The notes beneath the pieces are model-generated. The model was not told where the DNA came from. It did not search any database and saw nothing but the letters and a program-made list of their open reading frames with translations. Both the position numbers and the translations under genes were made by a program. Below, piece after piece: positions 56,231 to 64,000 of a stretch of DNA of 64,000 nucleotides. The DNA is from Chrysomallon squamiferum. Lineage: Eukaryota > Animalia > Mollusca. Positions within the stretch are counted from its first letter, which is position 1. Every line of letters starts with the position of its first letter. The stretch spans positions 2,170,001-2,234,000 of the forward strand of contig CM022672.1 in the NCBI GenBank assembly GCA_012295275.1. The letters run 5' to 3'.

Positions 56231-59200
56231 ACAAAAGAAACCATAATATCCATTTTTGATCAGAGCTGAAAATATACAAATATTTACCTCAGCAGAAGGC
56301 AAAGGTTTGCCAAGCAGATCATGGTCTCTAATACTGGTCCCAGGTCGTATAGAACTGTAAGATCCCAGAATGTATTTAGTGGAGTTCCACACAGTTCTGC
56401 AGTGCAAGACACAGAGATAGTTCTCATTAGTAGAGTATTAAGAGAAAAAATACTTAGACTTACTGCTTTAAGTAGTAGCAACATACAAGTTGGTGCTGGA
56501 GAGTGGCAAGATTTCTGTCTCTTGCTAATGTTCTAGCAAATTAACAAGGCATTGCTTTATTCTGATACTTTGCAATTAAGTTACTGTGTTCCATATTAAC
56601 TTACTTACACTGAAATATATATATACTGACACTCATAAACACTCACCCACACACACACACAGGCACACACACACACACACACTAATGCACACCTATTATA
56701 TAACATATTTGTTAACATTTTTATAACCACCTTCTTTAACATTTACATTTCTATTTTGAAATTAACTAACAAATTTTTAACCTGATCAGTTTCTTTGGCT
56801 TGGGTATATCTTTTTTCAAGAAATGTTTCAAAAGATCCACACAAACATCCCTCACTTCATCCTCTGGAACCTGCTCCATCAGTTCGGCCTGTTCTCCAGT
56901 GAACCAGCCCAACAGAAAGTTTGGCAGTGAATTTACAATCTGAAATCCTATACAGTTTTCATACCACCACAGTCCTTCCTGGAAGATGCAAACAGAAGCA
57001 ACAATTACTTGGTAGGCTTCAAATAAACAAACTGGTTCCAGTAAGTAAGTTAGTCTATTTCTATCATTATTAATCTCCATGTCTTTCATTTTCTTTAGTC
57101 CACTTTTCACTTTACCCCTTTTTCCTTCTTTCTTTAGCTCCAGTCTTTCTTTCTCTAGCTGTCTGCTTACATCTATTTCCTCCCTATATATAATAACCTT
57201 ATCTTTTACCCTGTCTCTTTCCACTATTGAAAGATGCACATTTGTATATGTATGTGATTTTGCATATATATCTGAGAGTATGTGAATGCCAAAATTGTTA
57301 ATAAAATACTTTCAGATTGAAGTAAATTTTAATAACAGGTAAAATTTGCTAATACAATAGACTCATACATGTGCATACATACATACATGTGTATAGGTGC
57401 ACGTGTTTGCATTTGTATGACAGTATCTATAATAAAATACCTATAGAAGTGAAATTAACAACAAATCGATTGTACTATTACAGTAACCTTGCACTGATCA
57501 CAGAAAGACAAAAAAAAATTACTGCAACAAACCTTTGTCTTTAATGGCGTTTTAGCTGAAGGAACATGAACAGCATGGTTATCCAACCACAGAAACTGAT
57601 ATCCACAATATCCACTTTCCCAAAATGGTTCATCCCATTCTAGAAAGACCTTGTCGACAGTCTCAAATCCTGTGTTCTCAATTAATGCTTGTTTCTGAGG
57701 TGGAAGATGAGGACTGAACAATGTCAGATGATTTTCCTTGAGCCACCCAAGCGAGGCTGTGACAATGACATGATCAGCCTCATATTCTGTGCCATCTTCA
57801 CAATAAACTATTGCTTTTGGCTTGGTTGATCTTAATTTTGATCTGGTCATGTCATCTTTAAAACTTGATTGTCCCTTTTCTGGGCCCTGATTAAGTTGAG
57901 ATCCTTTTGTTCTTGTTTCTCCAGTAGCATCAGTATCTTTATTTTCAGAGCTTTTACTTTCTAGATGATGGTTAGCATACATCCCTTCTGATGAATGCTT
58001 TTCAACTTCGACATGTTGACCATCATCAGTACCCTGAGCTTTCATCTTCATAATCCTTGAGTTTTCATTGACATCAACCTCTTTGCAAGCATCAACTCCA
58101 TTCTGCCATTTTATACACGTAACTGGTTTGGACAGATGAATGATACCTTTTGGCAAGTCTTCCATCAGAATCTCCAGAATCCTGAAGAAACCAGTTTTCA
58201 GTTCGGTGTTGTAGTTTCCTTCTGACTCAACATACTTGCCCCAGCTGCTGAGAGAGATGTTGTACAGCGAACTGCAGGCATTATCAGCACATTCCCAGAA
58301 ACAGATCCATTTGTAAAAAGCTTTCTTCAGTTCTGTGATGTCAGGTGAATCATCCTGACAGCCAGCCATGTACTGATTGAAACATTTTTCTACATAGTCT
58401 CCATATGAAGAAAAGGTCTCATTGGTTCCACAATCTTTAAGATTATTTTTGGAAGTTGGAATGCAAAATATAAACAGACTGTTATATATATATATGTTCT
58501 TAGTTGCCAAATTTTTATTTCAAAACTTACCTTGACATTTATTTTTGCCATGGTTTATAGATGAAAAAAAATAATAAAATAAAATAAAAAAGAGAAATTC
58601 TATAATTGTATAATCCTGATTTGCAGACATAAACATTTTCATGAATATTATTTTTCACTGATAATCTTATTGCTCTTATTATTTTCTTAACTGCAGAATT
58701 TCCATTCTTTACAAAATCAATTTAATGCCATAAACATTTTTACACTCCATTTGTTGTTAAGGTTATAATTCTCATCATAGCATTTTTACTACTACTGTCA
58801 TTTCTCTTAATTGCATAGGGTTAGTAACGCTTAAACACTAAAACACTATAAATGAAAGGCAATTTACTTTAAAAAAAAATCATTACCTTCTGCACCATAA
58901 AACTGATTTCCTTCTGTAGAAATCTTTTCAAAGACTCCATCCATTTCCTTTATGAGATTTTCACTCACTGGCTCTCCATTAGATGACAAAAAGATCCAGA
59001 ATTCATCATCAAATGCTGAGGACAGACGAACCTCTTTTACAATTTCTCCATTTTGTTCTGATTTGAGGTTCTCTTTTGATGTTTGGATGAGGTCATGAGT
59101 TTTAGCGATGTCATACAGGACATTGTACCCGTGTATAAACTGAGCTCCCAGGTCCACAACTCTGTTATCTAAAACAGAAATATTCAAACTGAGTAATAAA

Positions 59201-59466
59201 TAAATAGGTAAACAAACTGCGAAATGAAATATGGGCAAATAAATAAATAAATAAATAAATTAATGAATGAATATTAAGAAATAAGAAATAAATAAAGGAT
59301 CTGGAAACAAGTAATTTTAAATAAATAAATAAAAATCACATTATTAAAAAAAAATAATAATATTAAAATTCAAAAATCAAATCAAATCAATAAAGAAATA
59401 AATGAATAAAAACAAATATTAGATAACTAAATATATGAAATGATAAATTAATAAACAACTAAGAAA

Positions 59467-59519
<53 letters not shown>

Positions 59520-60957
59520 ATCTTATCTCTCAGTAAAATGGGATTCTCTCACAATGACTCTCTGGTACTACAGTTTGGTAGGTTAACGTATGAACACAGT
59601 TAAAACACAGTTTCCCGTATGTCGTCTCCTGGGCTCCCGTAGAAACCATTGAATTATTCAACTGAATTTTGTCAGGTTTAGCTACCGGCGCAGCCGCCAC
59701 TGTTTAATGAAGCGTAACACTGCAACTATTATATATTTACACATACGTACTTCTTTCTCGCACAACAGTCTATTAAATTTGACTATACCAAGACACCATT
59801 CACAAAATTCTTTTCCAGCCATTTTAAAAAAAATTATTATTATTATTATTTTTTTTTTTTAATGTATTTTAACTCAACCAACGGACGAAAACATCGTCTG
59901 CAAAGTACAAAGCTGGTGGGAATTTGAGCGTTACTTCATAATTCATTGGGTTTTTTTGTTGTGTTTTTTTTTTTTTTAAATGTTTATAATAACTGGGTTA
60001 TTCCTAATTGAAAATATCAAGTAGATTTTTTAACTTCAATGTTTCACTGCACTGTTTCTATATTGTTTATAGCTATCGGCATATCGTCCTGGCGCGAGAC
60101 GGATCCATTTTTGTTTTTACAAATTACAAAAATAAAAATAAAAATAAAAATAAAAATAAAAATAAAAATAAAAATAAAAATAAAAATAAAAATAAAAAAT
60201 AAAATAAAATAAAATAAAAAATAAAATAAAATAATAACAAATGGAAGACTGTATTTACGTTTTATATGGTTAATGAAAAATTATCTGATTTTCAGAAGCT
60301 AAACCGACTCAGACTGTTTATCCCTTTTTAAATTTTCTACACCTGCGTCAAAGATTCAAAATGTACAGCAACTATGAATTGAAAATCTTTATTTTTCTCG
60401 TAGTTTTCTGTTATCAAAATATCTGATAATGACAGTATTCTTCCCTGTTTTGGAAACCGAGATTTTCCTTGTCTTCTTTCTTTCTGTTTATTATTTTTAT
60501 TTAAATTTATATCTGTTACAGTGATAACACGTCCCTATGTATGTCCATGATAACATTATCTTCTTAACAAAACAAAACAAAAAAAAGTTTCTTGTATCGA
60601 AAAGTGAACGTTCCCTCAGATGTGACTTTAATACTAGGTGTGAATTCGTTGTAATTTTATAAAGGATTTTTAAAATCGTGGATGAGTACAAAATTAATAT
60701 TAATATCATATCACTTCAATCTAATGTCAGTTCAATCTAACAGATAAATACAATTTCAGTTGGTTTTCTGCATTTAAATAATACAACATCAATGAATTTA
60801 TAATGAATAATTGAATATCAACAACAACTACAACAAAACAACATCTGAAGTAAATGATAATAATAAATATCCCAAATCCAAAATAAATATATAAATAAAT
60901 AAACAAAAATATCAAAAGAGATGATATACCAAAAAAATATTTGTGGGCTATTTTTGG

Positions 60958-61011
<54 letters not shown>

Positions 61012-61492
61012 TAATAAATAAATAAATAAATAATATTATAACAAACATATGCACGAAAGCAACACAAACGCATTTATTTTTTGATATCTTGCATGTTTAA
61101 AACAAAAACAAACCGCTAAATAAATAAATAAACAAATAAATAAATAAAAAGCAAATAGCGAGAAAGGATGGGGAGAAAAAAAAGAAAAAAAAACAACATC
61201 TTGTCAAACTGAGATTTTATATCTATATTTTAGACCGTCTCTTTTATACGTAGGCCCTATGTTTGAATTTCTGTTGAAGCTTTTTATTTCAGAGAGGAAA
61301 GTACGTACCAACAAGCACTGTATGTATCCGCCCACCAGGTCGCTCTAGGGCTTCAAGTATTTGAACATCGTGGCATCCGTTTCGGACTAATTCCCTGGCT
61401 GCCGAAACTCCTGCAATTCCACATCCAATGATAACAATTTTGGGCTTGGAACGTGAATTTATTTCATTCTCTTTACCGTTGGTTTCAGCCAT
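55681..61492 (-). CDS. SMOX: Spermine oxidase / N1-acetylpolyamine oxidase-like flavoprotein (flavin amine oxidase family); 6 coding exons, 1794 nt, 597 aa
   Basis: Exons are 61492-61309, 59168-58887, 58434-57533, 56978-56782, 56396-56288 and 55800-55681. All introns are GT-AG with compatible phases (1,1,0,2,0). Motifs: GxGxxG (IIGCGIAG), [68 protein letters not shown] versus PAOX orthology cannot be resolved by eye. Confidence 0.9.
56288..56396 (-). CDS. Polyamine oxidase exon 5
   Basis: Acceptor tcttgcactgcAG|. Encodes (R)[19 protein letters not shown]...LGKPLPSAE. Donor GAG|GTAAAT. Confidence 0.87.
56782..56978 (-). CDS. Polyamine oxidase exon 4
   Basis: Acceptor tgcatcttccAG|. Encodes [15 protein letters not shown]...[14 protein letters not shown]...IPKPKKLI(R). 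Donor AG|GTTAAA, phase 2. Confidence 0.87.
57533..58434 (-). CDS. Polyamine oxidase exon 3 (large; includes a hydrophilic insertion)
   Basis: Lies inside ORF 57455..58510. The acceptor cttaaAG|AT is weak but phase-compatible. Encodes ...KPVTCIKW...[23 protein letters not shown]...[13 protein letters not shown]...PLKTK. Donor AAG|GTTTGT. Confidence 0.85.
58887..59168 (-). CDS. Polyamine oxidase exon 2
   Basis: Acceptor tttctgttttAG|. Encodes (D)[18 protein letters not shown]...NQFYGAE. Donor G|GTAATG. 282 nt, phase 1 to 1. Confidence 0.88.
59469..59516. repeat. (TG)n microsatellite in oxidase intron 1
   Basis: Direct reading. Confidence 0.95.
60128..60232. repeat. (AAAAAT)n/(AAAAT)n tract in oxidase intron 1
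   Basis: Direct reading. Confidence 0.93.
61309..61492 (-). CDS. Polyamine oxidase exon 1 (FAD-binding Rossmann motif)
   Basis: MAETN...[44 protein letters not shown]. Donor G|GTACGT at 61308, phase 1. Confidence 0.9.
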
Positions 61493-61978
61493 CTTAAATT
61501 AACCTAGTTACAGTGATACAGATGTTCCGCTGTCGATCGTTATGTACCATATGCAGCTTCAGCTTATTTAATGACACTGACACAGATTATAATTTGGTTT
61601 GTTGCGGTCTTCTAAATTTGTTTAATTTCGAAAGCGTTCCGTGCCCATACTGCTTTTCTATTCATTCAGCTCACTGTCAGCATAGTACGAGACTGGCTGC
61701 GTATGTTTATAGTGCCGCTCTGAATGGCCGCTGGATCAGTAACTTTCGGTGTTCCCTGGTGCTGTTCATTTCTTCTTCAGGTCATTGGCCCTCCACTGAT
61801 GCATCAATTGTAAGTTGGTTGAAGTTTCCTTGTCGTTGTTTATGGAGCGTTCCATATGAAGGATTACATGAACCGAATCTGGGGCAAAAAAATAAAAAAT
61901 TAAAAAATTAAAAAATTAAATTAAATTAAAATAAGAAACAAAAATATTAAAAGAAGAAGAAGAAAAGACTACAAATGA

Positions 61979-62049
<71 letters not shown>

Positions 62050-62721
62050 TTATTTAAATATTTATTATTCTCTTATTGCATATCTTTTATCAATCAATAT
62101 ATTTTGCTGTTCAGAATGTGCAAATTTCAATATGATTGTACCTAACCTAATTGTCCGTTTCACAGTTACGGACAAAACGGCCACTGACAATTAGCACGTA
62201 CAAGAAATTTTTTTAAAAAGGGACGAACAAACAAATAACAGTATAGGAACCACGTAATATTTTTTATTACTGAAATTAATTTTTTTCTTCATCATTTTTT
62301 TTTTTTTCGTAACGAAACATATGAACGCGTGCATCGATTTTTCTCCCCCCAGCTCTGTATTTCTCTCTACCATCGAAGAATGATCGTCGTTGTTGTTTGT
62401 ATAAAAGAAATAGGCCTTTATCATAGTGTGTGTTACAATAGTAAAGTCACCTTTATGTTTGATACTTCTATTACAATATAGTCACAGTTTTTGTGATTGG
62501 TGTAGCAACTGGATCGGAAATGTAAAGTCGTCATTTCCTTCCTGTTTGTATCATAATTTGCTATTACTGACAGAGACAGTTGTAGCTGCGTTTTCAGCAT
62601 GTGGTTTTCTCCACTTACAATAGCTTGGGCAAACGGGAAAAACCTAATTTGGTAACTTTATACATTGTGACCAAGTTTACTGTTCATGTTCGGAAATCGG
62701 TAATTAGGTCACACATACACA

Positions 62722-62786
<65 letters not shown>

Positions 62787-63000
62787 GACACACAAACAAA
62801 CATGAAGTGCACACACGAACGCAAACATGAACACTGAATCAAATATATACAAATGATCTCCGTATCTGTGTGTCCTTTCTGTCAACAATGTGTTAAAACA
62901 TTCATCATTGTATGACTCACAGTGGCGGGGATAGGGGAAGCAGACAAAATGGAATATTAAGGCCAAGCAAATCGGACGCTTAGCTGTTGCTGCTTTTTAT
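61493..63000. promoter_or_regulatory. CpG-retaining 5' flank / probable promoter region of the oxidase gene
   Basis: CpG is visibly far more frequent here (and through 59560-61490) than in the CpG-poor bulk of the window. The region lies directly upstream of the ATG. The TSS was not located. Confidence 0.55.
62726..62783. repeat. (CT)n microsatellite upstream of the oxidase gene
   Basis: Direct reading. Confidence 0.95.
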
Positions 63001-63499
63001 TAAAAATCACATCAAATTTCAAGCAAAAAAAACCCCAACAGGCCTCATTTGTCCTCTAAAACAGTCCTTTTACTTCTTAAGCTTCACTGAGTTACTTGTG
63101 TAAGTAATTTTATGTTAATGTCAGTTTTGGGCAGTAAAAGAAAAAAAAAAATTTGACATGAATATTATTTTATGAAAAGAAGGAGGGGAAAAAAAACAAA
63201 AAAAAACAGAAAATAAAAAAATAAATATGACATCATTATGTTATCATGTGGATTTTGTTTGAAAATTAAGTGACAAAAATACGAATGCATCTAATTATAT
63301 TATCTAATGACAGGTAAGACACATTTGTTTGAAGCATTATTTAGCTAACTACTTAAACAGTATATATTCATACTTAAGTTTTATACAATGAATTTGTTTT
63401 CTGTATTTAGATAATTAAAAAATACATGTAAATAGATATTGGTAGATACGATCATATTTGATGGTAGTATTATTAGCAGTAACTACTGCCGTTCTCATC

Positions 63500-63605
63500 C
63501 CAGTTAATTCCCAAATGGCATGGTATGTACTTCCCTGAGAAGTGGGAGGTTCATACAAATGACCATTTGCTGCTGAATGTTACAGAATAGGCCACTGTGT
63601 GGTGA
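63500..63605 (+). mobile_element. Degraded SINE core, same family
   Basis: ggcatggtatgtacttccctg...gtggga...catacaaatgaccatttgctgctg aligns to the family core. Confidence 0.5.
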
Positions 63606-64000
63606 CAGGGGATTATATGTGGAAAACTATATAGCCTGTGGAAATTACTGAAACTGTATCTCTCTTCAAACACTTGAAACCCATATTTCAGATAACTGCA
63701 CCATAACAGAACTTCTATTTCAGATGTCCCCCAGATCATATGCCAAATGTGCTGTATCTTATAATATGTCACACTGGCGGAATCAGGTTTCCACAATAAG
63801 ATGTTAATTTTTTTTACTAAATCCCTAATTAAAATAACGATTAAGCATGAAGATTATGTTAAAAAAATAGTTGACAGTGTAAATGAATATTTGCTCCCCC
63901 CAAGAACATACATTTGGCAAATATTTGTACCCACAGTGGTATCAGGTTGAAATTTTCATACTTGGATAAAAATATATTTTTAGAAATTCATATTCATCAT

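Noticed and set aside
55907-56287. Continuation of ORF 55907..56407 past PSAE
   Set aside because: It runs through a GTAAAT donor into (TG)n and repeat-rich intron sequence. The conserved C-terminus is encoded by exon 55800-55681.
55710-57285. ORFs 55710..55910, 56284..56484, 56321..56536 and 57079..57285
   Set aside because: They overlap oxidase exons or introns in other frames or on the other strand and show no recognisable protein features.
61513-61911. 132-aa + strand ORF head-to-head with the oxidase
   Set aside because: It starts at a GTG, has no recognisable motif and ends in an A-rich tract. The open frame is explained by locally higher GC.

Overview
AT-rich, microsatellite-dense eukaryotic genomic DNA. 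It is most likely from a mollusc (gastropod), inferred from gene families and SINE type. Two protein-coding genes are supported, arranged convergently. (1) A single-coding-exon class A neuropeptide GPCR of the myosuppressin/DMSR-1 family (probable molluscan myomodulin-receptor type) on the + strand, 39627..40892. A clean splice acceptor just upstream implies non-coding 5' exons somewhere in the preceding ~39 kb. (2) A six-exon FAD-dependent polyamine oxidase (spermine oxidase/PAOX family) on the - strand, 61492..55681, assembled by hand into a phase-consistent 597-aa ORF. The rest is intron or intergenic DNA with degraded copies of one tRNA-derived SINE family, many mini- and microsatellites, and short CpG-retaining islands that look like promoters. 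No prokaryotic-type system, CRISPR array, rRNA or intact tRNA was found, and no clearly new multi-gene system is evident. The best leads are: altered substrate-pocket residues and a possible cryptic C-terminal extension in the oxidase, a dense TGACAG/TALE-site cluster, an ATTGG array with exact 32-bp phasing, and orphan CpG-rich first-exon candidates.
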